DNA of 64,000 nucleotides from Strigamia acuminata (Eukaryota): NCBI GenBank assembly GCA_949358305.1, contig OX442314.1, positions 25,234,001 to 25,298,000 of the forward strand, read 5' to 3'. Shown piece by piece: positions 14,214 to 23,938 of this stretch (position 1 is its first letter; each line of letters starts with the position of its first letter). The notes under the pieces were generated by a model. It saw only the letters and a program-made list of their open reading frames with translations, ran no database searches and was not told where the DNA came from. The position numbers and the translations under genes were made by a program.

Positions 14214-14569
14214 CAGGGGCGGATCTACATCAGGGCAAATAGGGCTTGAGCCAAGGGCCCCTAAATTCTAGGGGGCCCTAAGACACAACGCAATGTACTA
14301 GTACCGTATGTTATGTTTTAAGAAGCAATAAAACGTGTGTAATAAGCAATAAGTGTAATAATAATATCGGTTTTTGTGTCATTTGACATGCTTTGGCGTC
14401 TTCTTGACATTTTTTACGTCATTGAGCATCTTTGATGTCATTTGGTGGTTTCCGGAACGGAAACTGCTGTATTTACGTCATTGTATCCATTTAACTATAT
14501 ATATATTGATAAAGGGGCCCCTGAAAAAACCTCAAGCCCAGGGCCCCCAAAAAGCTAGATTCGCCCATG
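14214..14569. mobile_element. hAT-like non-autonomous element
   Basis: CAGGGGCGGATCTA ... TAGATTCGCCCATG; 8-bp TSD GCTGCAAT/GCTGCAGT. Confidence 0.8.
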
Positions 14570-15109
14570 GCTGCAGTCAACATTGAAGCTTAAAGTGACT
14601 AAAGTCGTTTGGAGACATCTCAATTAAAACGCAAAATGTGTCGTGAAAAGCTTCAATACTTGACACAGTTTTATAACACAGTTTTGATATTACTAAAAGC
14701 TTGATCTGTGCATAAATATTTTATGCAAACCGTATATTATCCCCTAAGTTCATAAATCACTCAATATTTCTCTGATTGAAGATTTTAAAATAATTTAAGC
14801 TAATCACCTGTTCTCATTACAACGCAGCAGTTAGAAGGACCTGCTGGGGATCCGTTATTCGTCTTTGTCTGATTTTAGATACTCACGATGTTTGAAGGAA
14901 GGTCAGACAAGGTTTGTCTCTTGAGGACATGACCAATTTATCTTTGATATCACGAGCCAAGATGACAAGAGCTCAGTTCCGTGGCAAGATGGAACGAAGG
15001 CGTGAACCTCCTATATCTAATGGAGGAGAAGATCGGCTTAAGCGACCTTGTGGTCTAGGTCGGACCACGCGCTTGGGCCGGGCTTAGATGATAAACAACA
15101 AGAGGCAAG

Positions 15110-15511
15110 TGTAAAATCCTAATTGATTTAATATTTTATTTTAATGATTTGGTCAAAAGTGTTTGTTTTGATTATGTTTAGATTTAGAAAAAAAAGTGTT
15201 GTTTGATTTTATAAGTATTTAGTTAGATGGAATTAATTGCTATGTTTTGAAGTTCATAACATGTTTGTTTCGAGGTCACCAAGAGTGCCCTCAAGTATCT
15301 AAATTGTTGTTGGTCAGTCCTTGCTGACCAGATGTGTCCCCGTTTGTTTTATGACCTTACTCTCATCTTTGTTCATGTATCAACGTGTGTCACTACACGT
15401 TTTTGCACTGCTCAATTTTCAACGATTAAATTAGTTTGTTAAGTTTAAACAATTGGACTGTTTATTTGTGTGTGCTACAATCGTAGTAGGATTTGTTTTG
15501 CAATCGCGAAA
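15110..15511 (+). repeat. 5' LTR
   Basis: TGTAAAATCC...CAATCGCGAAA; no differences from 20851-21252 seen by eye. Confidence 0.96.
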
Positions 15512-15512
15512 T

Positions 15513-15530
15513 TGGTGCCGAAACCCGGGA
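15513..15530 (+). other. Primer binding site complementary to the 3' end of tRNA-Phe
   Basis: TGGTGCCGAAACCCGGGA is the reverse complement of the eukaryotic tRNA-Phe(GAA) 3' end TCCCGGGTTTCGGCACCA; 1 nt after the LTR. Confidence 0.9.
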
Positions 15531-15597
15531 AAACTCGACCTGGACCCTGAAGATCTGAAAATCCTAACAGCAAGTAAAAGTTCGAAATTTGACAAAG

Positions 15598-18500
15598 ATG
15601 GCCGACGACCTCGCCGTGACCAAAAGTCAACGTACCGTGGCCAGACGAACTGTGACCGCCACCATCACCAAGGCGAAGACTCTCCTCGCGAATATCCCGC
15701 GCAATGCGCTCGAACTAAAAAAAATAAGGGCTAATTTGAAGGCGAAATTTATCACCTTGAAGGAGTTGGATGTGAAAATATTGGCGGCACTGATCGACGA
15801 CGACGAAATCGACCAGGAAATTACGCAATGTGAGTCGAATTATTACGAGAAAGTGATTGATTGCGAGGTTGAAATTGATGAGGCGCTGAAAGAACTCAAT
15901 GCGTCGCTCGTCCCCCCTCCGGCAGCAACAGTAACTAATAATTATAACGGTAACGGCCACGTTCCGCACGAGACGACGATGCGACTCCCAAAATATGAAG
16001 CAATTAAATTTAAGGGCAATCCCCTCGAGTGGGATGATTTTTGGGGAAACTTTGATATCAGTATTGACACGAAAACCAACATAACAAATAAGAGCAAGCT
16101 GGTTTATCTCAAGTCGTTTTTGGAAGGCGAGGCAGCACTGGTGTTAAAAGGCTTGCCACCAACCGATGAGAACTATCCCGTAGCCAAAGAACTGTTGTTG
16201 GAACGTTTTGGGCGCAGTGACGTAATCATGAGTGCCCATTTAAATTCCTTGATGAGGATGACACCCGTACGCGATATTATGGACACAGAGTCACTCCAGA
16301 AGCTGTACGACCGCTGCGAATCAAACGTGCGCGGCTTGCGTGCAGCGAAAATGAATGCGGACGCAATTGATGCGACGGTTTGCCCATTAATTCTGGGTTT
16401 GGTGCCCAAGCAGATCTCACTTGACTTCTCACGCCAATATCCGGACGGAAAATACAAAGCAAAGGAGTTGCTCGATATGATTCGTGCTGAGCTCATCCAC
16501 CACAGCAAAATAGACAATTTCCAAGAATTACATCGTAAAAAAGAAGTTGAAAAATCGGAAAAATCGGAAAAATCGGGAAAATCAGAAAAATCGGAAGAGA
16601 AAACAATGCGCAAGAGCCACGATCGAGTGCCGTCTGCTCGCGTCTTGAGCACAACAATATCCAATTGCATGTTCTGCAGCAAAACTCACGACCGTGACAG
16701 CTGCACTTCTACCGCTGCTGAAAGAAAAAATTATATAGTCAAAAATGGACGGTGTTTTAAGTGTTTAAAAAAGGGGCACACGTCAAAAACGTGCTCCTAT
16801 CGTATTACGTGCAAATTGTGCCAACGGAGTCACAACCCTTTGATTTGTGATGGAACACCAAAGACTGTCACTGAAAATGTAATTACTCACGTGGCTACGT
16901 GCGTCGATTTGTCGAAATTCGTCCCGCCACCTGCTGCAACGTTGGCGACAATTTTCGTGCGTGTCATGCATCAATCCACGGAGGCGATCGTGCAGTGCCT
17001 TCTCGACCCCGGCAGTCAGACGACATTCGTGTTGTCCAGTCTTGCTAAAGACATGAAGTTGCCATCGACAGGAACTGAAAATTTGTCCGTGCTTACTTTT
17101 GGCAGTCAAACGTCACAAAATGTGAAGCGAGGGAGATTCGATTTGAAATTGTGTCACGTGGACGACAAAAATAAAGCGCTCACGGTCTCAGCATTTGAGA
17201 CGCCTTGGATAACCCGACCAATAAAAACCGAGTTGCAGGCTGGCTTGCGAGCCGCCCTAGAACGCAACAATATTGTAATAAATTTTGAACAGCATAATAA
17301 TTTCGATATTTTTTGTTTGATAGGAGCCGACAATATCGCCAGGATTTTGACCGGACGAATCGAAAAATTGGAGGAAAATCTGGTAGCAGTTGAAACAATG
17401 TTTGGCTGGACAGTGATGGGAACTTCGCCCAATGTGACGTCCCTGTCGACAATGGTTACTCGTGTATTCAACGTGCGGCTCGACGATCGTTTAGAAGAAG
17501 GCTTAAGAAAATTCTGGGAACTCGAGGCGATCGGAATCCGTCACGAGACCGTCGATGAATCGCCGACCGATCGCAACTCGTGCACAAAACGATTTCGGGA
17601 GCAAGTGACGCGCGAGGACGGCCGATATGTGGTGCCACTGCCCTGGTTGGTCGATACAAGTCAACTCAACAACAATTATGAAGTAGCCAAGCGGAGGTTT
17701 TGGCATCTGGTACGCAAGTTCAAAAAGAACCCCGGCTTTTATCAGGCATACAAGAAAATCTTCGAGGATCAGCTGAAAAACGACATCATCGAGGAAGTAG
17801 AAATACAAGATCCAGAACATTCTTACTTTATGCCGCATCGTGCAGTTGTACGAGAGGACCGTGCAACAACAAAAATTCGTATCGTGTTCGACGCGTCATC
17901 AAAGGGGAAAAACGAACTTTCACTGAACGATTGTTTAGACAGCGGTCCCAATTTGTTACCGGAAATCTTGAAACTTTTGGTGTTGTTTCGGCGCGAGCTA
18001 GTGGCATACCTCTCAGACATTGAAAAGGCGTTCTTGCAACTTTTATTGAGACTTTGCGACCGGAACTTTGTTAGTTTTTTGTGGGTCCCGGAGAATTGGG
18101 ACGGTTTGGAATTCGTCGTGCCGAGAATAATGCGTCAGAAACGAGTCACATTTGGGGTCAGCTCCAGTCCCTATTCATTGAATGACACAATCCAAATGCA
18201 TTTGGATGAAATGGAAAAATTATATCCAGAGACTGTAAAGCAGATCCGAGAGAAATTTTACGTAGATGATCTTATCGATTCGATGCGAACTGACGATCAA
18301 GTTCTGACCGTTTTTTTCGAAGCGCGGAAATTGATGATGGATGCGCATTTGCCATTACGAAAATGGCATTCGAATTCTCGACGGTTGCGTGAAATATTTG
18401 CTAAAGAAATTCCCGAGGACGAAGAAATAATCGCCGCCGAAAATGAGCAGACCACCGTATTAGGCTTAATTTGGAATTATGAAACCGACAGACTCCAACT

Positions 18501-20826
18501 CGAAATAGGCGAATGGGCCGAGAAGAAACCAGAGGACGGACAAGGAACAAAGAGAGCAATTGTACAAGCAGTAGCTAAAATTTATGACCCATTGGGCTTC
18601 GCTGCACCGTTCACGATCGTCGGAAAACTCATGTTTCAGGAGTTGTGGATGAGAAAAATCGATTGGGATGTCCCATTGCCCCCCGACATTGCCAAGCGAT
18701 GGTGTGAGTGGATCAAACAAGTTACAACATTGCGCCGAATTTCAGTCAAGCGACCGTACAGCTCCAACTTAAGCGACGACTCACAGCAAGAGCTTCATTT
18801 TTTTTGCGACGCGAGTCCAAAAGCGTACGGCGTCGTAGTCTACGTGCGCACTGAAACCAAAGGAACTGTAGACGTATCATTGTGCATGTCCAAGTCTCGC
18901 GTTGCACCATTAAAGCCGCTCACATTGCCGAAACTGGAGCTCATGAGCGCCCTTTTGTCATCTCGCATCGCGGAGAAATTGCAAGTTTTGGAAGTTCAGA
19001 AGATGCATTATTGGACTGACTCTTCAATTACGTATTTTTGGATCCGCGAACAACAAGGGAAAACTAATCCTTTCGTCGCGAATCGGGTACGAGAAATTCG
19101 TACGAACACCGACGTCGAATCGTGGCGACACTGCCCCGGCAGGGTAAATCCTGCGGATAAATTGACGAGAGGGATGGAGGCAGTGAAGCTGGTTGAAGAT
19201 GGCGAGTGGTGGAATGGCCCCAAATGGTTACACAAAAGTAAAGAACATTGGCCACAAGGAATAGACACAGAAATGGAAACTCAGCTTGAAGAGGTAGAAG
19301 AGAATTCCACACGCATAAACGTGACAAGAGCGTCGGAGAGGCTGGAGCCGTTGTTCGCCTTAGAAACCTACAGCAGTTGGACGAAGGTAGTCAGGATCAC
19401 AGCGTGGATGCTGCGCTTCGTTCGAAACTCGAAAAAGGATCAGTCAATTGGCGGACCGCTGAAAACTGAGGAAATCGAGGCAGCAGAAACGTATTGGTTT
19501 CGCCACACTCAGCGTTCAAGATTCGCAGAAGAAATGGAAAGCGTACAGAATGCTGTAAAATTAAATAGAGAGTCACCTTTATCGCAAGTGGAATTGATCG
19601 TCGACGAAAACAAGATATTGCGAATAAATTCTCGAATTCGCGACCACATCGGAACGAAGAATTTTATTTATCCAATCGTATTAGATGCAGACTCGCCGAT
19701 GACCACACTAATAATAAGGGACTGCCATAGACGTGCTTTACATGGAGGATTAGGAGATACGTTATCGGAATTTCGTTCAAAATTTTGGACTCGAAGAGCC
19801 AGGAAAACGATCAAAAATTACGTGTCCAAATGTATAACGTGCCGTCGCGTAAACTCGAAGCTGATGACACAAGCCATCGGACTCCTCCCGTCTGACCGCA
19901 TTAATCGTGCTGCCCCATTTCAAGTAATAGGCGTTGATTTCGCGGGCCCACTCTACATGCGGAGTGGCGATAAATGTTACATCGCCTTATTTACCTGCGC
20001 GGTGGTACGAGCCGTACACCTGGAGTTGGTGTCGGATTTGTCGACGGAGAAGTTTATTTTGGCGTTCAAGCGTTTGATATCACGACGAGGAATACCGAGC
20101 GTCGTATATTCGGACAACGCGAAGACCTTTAAGCGCGCCGAAAAAGACTTGGCGCTGTTCATAAATGGATTTGCCAGCGAAAAATTCCAGGGATTCTTGT
20201 CTCATAACAAAATTCAATGGAAGTTCATAGTCGAACTCGCCCCATGGTGGGGGGGTTTTTGGGAGCGCTTGGTCAAGACTGTAAAATTAAGTCTGAAGAA
20301 GGTCCTAGGAAGAGCGTCGCTATGTTTTGAGGAGCTGACAACCGTATTGACAGAGGTCGAAGCAATTATTAACTCGCGCCCAATTACGTATGTGACGGAC
20401 AATCCAACAGAACCTGAGCCGTTGTCGCCATCTCATTTCCTGATCGGAGCTCGCCTTTCAAGTTTGCCAGATGTTTATGATCCAGAGCATCGTGCAGATT
20501 TGAATAAAAGAGCGGAGCTCGTCAAGCGCTGGAAGCTGCGCCAGAGAATGACGAATTTGCTGTGGCGACGGTGGTCCCACGAATATCTCGTCGAATTGCG
20601 TGAGTTTCGACGAGTGAAGGCTTCACGAGAAATCGAAGTCAACGAATTAGTCCTCGTGCAGGAGCAAGGACAGCCGCGTATGGCTTGGAAGACAGCCAAA
20701 ATTACAAAAACATTTAACGGCAGAGATGGGAAAGTTCGCTCTTGCGAGATGATGCTGCCGAGTGGAAAAGTGATGCGAAGACCCGTACAAAGACTATGTG
20801 CATTAGAAATTCATGAAGAAAATTAG
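15598..20826 (+). CDS. BEL/Pao Gag-Pol polyprotein (1742 aa from ATG)
   Basis: Three Cys/His knuckles (CMFCSKTHDRDSC, CFKCLKKGHTSKTC, CKLCQRSHNPLIC), protease LLDPGS, RT RIVFDAS/YVDD, Pao RNase H YDPLG/FCDAS/WTDS/NPAD, integrase HHCC plus DFAGP/SDNA/WERLV. Confidence 0.97.
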   Translation: MADDLAVTKSQRTVARRTVTATITKAKTLLANIPRNALELKKIRANLKAKFITLKELDVKILAALIDDDEIDQEITQCESNYYEKVIDCEVEIDEALKELNASLVPPPAATVTNNYNGNGHVPHETTMRLPKYEAIKFKGNPLEWDDFWGNFDISIDTKTNITNKSKLVYLKSFLEGEAALVLKGLPPTDENYPVAKELLLERFGRSDVIMSAHLNSLMRMTPVRDIMDTESLQKLYDRCESNVRGLRAAKMNADAIDATVCPLILGLVPKQISLDFSRQYPDGKYKAKELLDMIRAELIHHSKIDNFQELHRKKEVEKSEKSEKSGKSEKSEEKTMRKSHDRVPSARVLSTTISNCMFCSKTHDRDSCTSTAAERKNYIVKNGRCFKCLKKGHTSKTCSYRITCKLCQRSHNPLICDGTPKTVTENVITHVATCVDLSKFVPPPAATLATIFVRVMHQSTEAIVQCLLDPGSQTTFVLSSLAKDMKLPSTGTENLSVLTFGSQTSQNVKRGRFDLKLCHVDDKNKALTVSAFETPWITRPIKTELQAGLRAALERNNIVINFEQHNNFDIFCLIGADNIARILTGRIEKLEENLVAVETMFGWTVMGTSPNVTSLSTMVTRVFNVRLDDRLEEGLRKFWELEAIGIRHETVDESPTDRNSCTKRFREQVTREDGRYVVPLPWLVDTSQLNNNYEVAKRRFWHLVRKFKKNPGFYQAYKKIFEDQLKNDIIEEVEIQDPEHSYFMPHRAVVREDRATTKIRIVFDASSKGKNELSLNDCLDSGPNLLPEILKLLVLFRRELVAYLSDIEKAFLQLLLRLCDRNFVSFLWVPENWDGLEFVVPRIMRQKRVTFGVSSSPYSLNDTIQMHLDEMEKLYPETVKQIREKFYVDDLIDSMRTDDQVLTVFFEARKLMMDAHLPLRKWHSNSRRLREIFAKEIPEDEEIIAAENEQTTVLGLIWNYETDRLQLEIGEWAEKKPEDGQGTKRAIVQAVAKIYDPLGFAAPFTIVGKLMFQELWMRKIDWDVPLPPDIAKRWCEWIKQVTTLRRISVKRPYSSNLSDDSQQELHFFCDASPKAYGVVVYVRTETKGTVDVSLCMSKSRVAPLKPLTLPKLELMSALLSSRIAEKLQVLEVQKMHYWTDSSITYFWIREQQGKTNPFVANRVREIRTNTDVESWRHCPGRVNPADKLTRGMEAVKLVEDGEWWNGPKWLHKSKEHWPQGIDTEMETQLEEVEENSTRINVTRASERLEPLFALETYSSWTKVVRITAWMLRFVRNSKKDQSIGGPLKTEEIEAAETYWFRHTQRSRFAEEMESVQNAVKLNRESPLSQVELIVDENKILRINSRIRDHIGTKNFIYPIVLDADSPMTTLIIRDCHRRALHGGLGDTLSEFRSKFWTRRARKTIKNYVSKCITCRRVNSKLMTQAIGLLPSDRINRAAPFQVIGVDFAGPLYMRSGDKCYIALFTCAVVRAVHLELVSDLSTEKFILAFKRLISRRGIPSVVYSDNAKTFKRAEKDLALFINGFASEKFQGFLSHNKIQWKFIVELAPWWGGFWERLVKTVKLSLKKVLGRASLCFEELTTVLTEVEAIINSRPITYVTDNPTEPEPLSPSHFLIGARLSSLPDVYDPEHRADLNKRAELVKRWKLRQRMTNLLWRRWSHEYLVELREFRRVKASREIEVNELVLVQEQGQPRMAWKTAKITKTFNGRDGKVRSCEMMLPSGKVMRRPVQRLCALEIHEEN

Positions 20827-20850
20827 TTATGGCCCTTTTTTCCCGGGCAA

Positions 20851-21252
20851 TGTAAAATCCTAATTGATTTAATATTTTATTTTAATGATTTGGTCAAAAG
20901 TGTTTGTTTTGATTATGTTTAGATTTAGAAAAAAAAGTGTTGTTTGATTTTATAAGTATTTAGTTAGATGGAATTAATTGCTATGTTTTGAAGTTCATAA
21001 CATGTTTGTTTCGAGGTCACCAAGAGTGCCCTCAAGTATCTAAATTGTTGTTGGTCAGTCCTTGCTGACCAGATGTGTCCCCGTTTGTTTTATGACCTTA
21101 CTCTCATCTTTGTTCATGTATCAACGTGTGTCACTACACGTTTTTGCACTGCTCAATTTTCAACGATTAAATTAGTTTGTTAAGTTTAAACAATTGGACT
21201 GTTTATTTGTGTGTGCTACAATCGTAGTAGGATTTGTTTTGCAATCGCGAAA
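20851..21252 (+). repeat. 3' LTR
   Basis: Copy of the 5' LTR, followed directly by the TSD GCAAG. Confidence 0.96.
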
Positions 21253-21949
21253 GCAAGTGCTAGGACATGTCACTGGGCTTGAAACTACAATATAAATGAC
21301 CATCAACATGAAAAATGAGTTGTCTTTCTTAATAAATGTGATCATTCAAGTAAATTTGTCCACCAGCTGCTTCATTACGGCGTGTCTATGTTGAGAAACA
21401 GTATAGCTGCTCTCAGATTGATTAAGCAAATACTTAAAGTATGCTTAAATGAATAAAAAGGAGCGATTAAAGCAAAATAAATGAAATAAAATTACAAAGA
21501 GGTACAGTGCAGAGTAGTAACTGTGCCGCAACGTGTTGTTTGTTGTGGTTTTATCGTTGTATTCGTTAGATTGTTTTGTTTTTGGAGCTGCGCAGGTTTC
21601 TATTTCCGTTAGTGGCGCTGGTTTCCATTTCCGGAACGAGGATTGTCCTCTTGGACGTTAGTTAAGTACTTTTACGTCAATATTATCACCTACGCAGCTG
21701 ACATCTGGATGGCTGTTCAACCGAGCATGCGCAATAAATCCAGGCATTGTTTCTTAAGATAAAATATGAGTTAAAAACGTTAACGAGGTTATCAGCAGAA
21801 TTAGAATGATTCACTATACTTTAATGTTGTTTACAGAAGTTTTAAATACATTGGCAGATAGATTAAATGAGATAACATAAAATATAGTTTATTAAAAATG
21901 GCTTCATATTGATTTAGCAAAAATAATGTTACTAAAGATGGGTTTGAGA

Positions 21950-22733
21950 TTATTTCTTGCAACGACAAGTTGTATAGGGAGGCTGGGGTGGGTCATAAAT
22001 TCCATAACGTGAATAATAGTATGGGATTTGGCCATAAGTGCTTTGAAATGGGTAAGGGAATTGGGTTTGTTCATAAGCTCTTCCGACCGGCGGCCATAAT
22101 GTTCCTTGACGTTGCAGTTGGAAATCTGGCCCGGTTGCGTAACCGTAACCGAATTGGGGTTGTCCACGAGTGCTGTCGGATGGCGGCCATTTTAATTGTC
22201 GTTGCAATTGGCTGTCTCGTCCGTTCTGGAATGGAGAATTTACTGGTGGAATGTTGACTGGCGAGCGATTAACACCGGGTGAAATGTTATTCCCATTGGG
22301 ATGAAATCTATTGAAAATAGAAACAATTGTGGAGAACAAATGACGGGTTTTAAAGCGTTAAATTATCTAGAAATGTCGACATTTCATTTGGTGCATTCAA
22401 AGTTTTGGAGTTTCCATAAAGAGCGAAAACAGAATTACAAAACATGCCTGGCTACGAATAACAATTGGAATGTTGTGGCAGCCATTTTGAATGTTGTTGG
22501 AAAACCAAAACTAGGCAAAAAGCACTCTATTTGTGAAATTCTGTTTTTGCACTTTTTGATGATGGTTGATGGCTGTTTTGTTGTCCATTCTGTTAATAGA
22601 AACACCGAGGCCAAAAACAGAAACTGCGAATGCTCCTACTGTGAAATTGATTGAATTACCTTTCGAATTGGTTGAGTTGGGCAGAAATTGGAGCAAAAAG
22701 GAAGAGCAACAAATGTAGAACCGACTTGAGCAT
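21950..22733 (-). CDS. Putative two-exon secreted Pro/Gln/Tyr-rich protein, 143 aa (exons 22733-22660 and 22307-21950)
   Basis: Exon 1 MLKSVLHLLLFLFAPISA-QLNQFE is signal-peptide-like; AAG|GTAATT donor and ttttcaatag acceptor both phase 2, joining ORF 21950-22339; AATAAA on the - strand at 21888-21893. Confidence 0.66.
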
Positions 22734-23761
22734 TTCGAAGAACGATTTCCACAACTCAGTGCGGTTTCCTGATTTAAAGCTTTTTTCTTAATTGATCCTG
22801 ATGGCAATTAATGTAGTTGCAAGATTTCGAAATTTCTTTTCGCTTTAATTGCCAAGTGTGTCTTCTCAATCAATAACAGGTTACATCATTTGCTTTTTAT
22901 TTCTCAATTGATTTTTTAAGTTAAAAGTTATTTTTTATTTATTTATTTTTATTTATTTTTGTTTGTCTGAATCATTTTCGATTTATTTAAAATTAGAAAA
23001 TATTTGTGTCAAGTTTGTTTGCAACGTGCGAATCTTGGCATGGAATACTAAGGAGATTTTTATAGATTGCAAGTCACAGGGACATGTTTGATTCACGCAT
23101 TGCTGCGCAGTGCGCACACCAGGCCGCATTTGTGTCACTGAGGATTCTGAACTGTCACTGCACTTTCTATTTACTCACTTACGAGTAAAAACAGTTTATT
23201 TTTTGCCTGGAAAAACCAAGGAATCACATTCATGACAGCCATATTTTTTATTTTATTTTATGTTTTTTATTTTATTACTATTTTCATTATTAGATCAGTA
23301 TTTTTATGTTATTTTAATGCGATTTCTTAACGCTGTGTGTCGCCACCATCGCGAGCCATTTTTCTGTTTTATTTTTCTGAGTTAAATTCTACGATGTGTA
23401 CAATTAAAAACGTTTAATTTTATCAATTCGATCGCTATTTATTACGGTAGCTGTGACAAATTTGGCACCAGTAGCAAGGAAATACGTATAAAAAAAAAAA
23501 GGAAAAAAAAAATTAAAAAAAAGACACCCGACTTCCTGACTGCGGTGCTCGTAACCATGCCAACGGTAACGCATGTGCAAAAAGTTTAGGGCTGCTGTTA
23601 CTCGGCTATTTTAAATCCGAGCCGTGAGCGAGGAGTGATGTTCGCAAAGTAAATCTTAAAATAACTCGTTTCAACTTACAAAACACGAAATTTCGCATAG
23701 GTGAAAACGGCGTTGGGTTTCACGCAAATCGAGGAAATTGGGCTCGGAAATTGGCGTTTTA

Positions 23762-23938
23762 ATGCGGGATTTGAATGCGAAGGGGACGAACCCGGACACA
23801 GGTCTTGTCACATGTGGCGGCGTTTTTTCCTTGAGTATGGCGTGCGTGCGGGCGCAGAAAAGTGAACACGTTTGCAGTGAGAAAAGTGTGGCGAGCGTTT
23901 ACGTTGAGCCCGTCAAAGAAATCAGACCAATTTATAAG
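23762..23938 (+). CDS. Candidate first coding exon C of navigator gene (...MACVRAQKSEHVCSEKSVASVYVEPVKEIRPIYK)
   Basis: CpG-richer promoter-like region ~23540-23940; in-frame ATGs at 23762 and 23837; donor AAG|GTAAAT in phase 0. Confidence 0.55.

Larger units (their letters stand above)
15110..21252 (+). mobile_element. Full-length BEL/Pao LTR retrotransposon (6143 bp)
   Basis: Two 402-bp direct repeats, 5-bp TSD GCAAG (15105-15109 and 21253-21257), PBS, single intact gag-pol ORF with order PR-RT-RH-IN. Confidence 0.97.

Noticed and set aside
15715..20699. Antisense and alternate-frame ORFs within the BEL polyprotein
   Set aside because: Shadows of the long coding sequence with no recognisable domains; no env-like ORF.
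21445..21660. Minus-strand open stretch (RPRGQSSFRKWKPAPL...)
   Set aside because: No start codon or convincing splice acceptor in frame.
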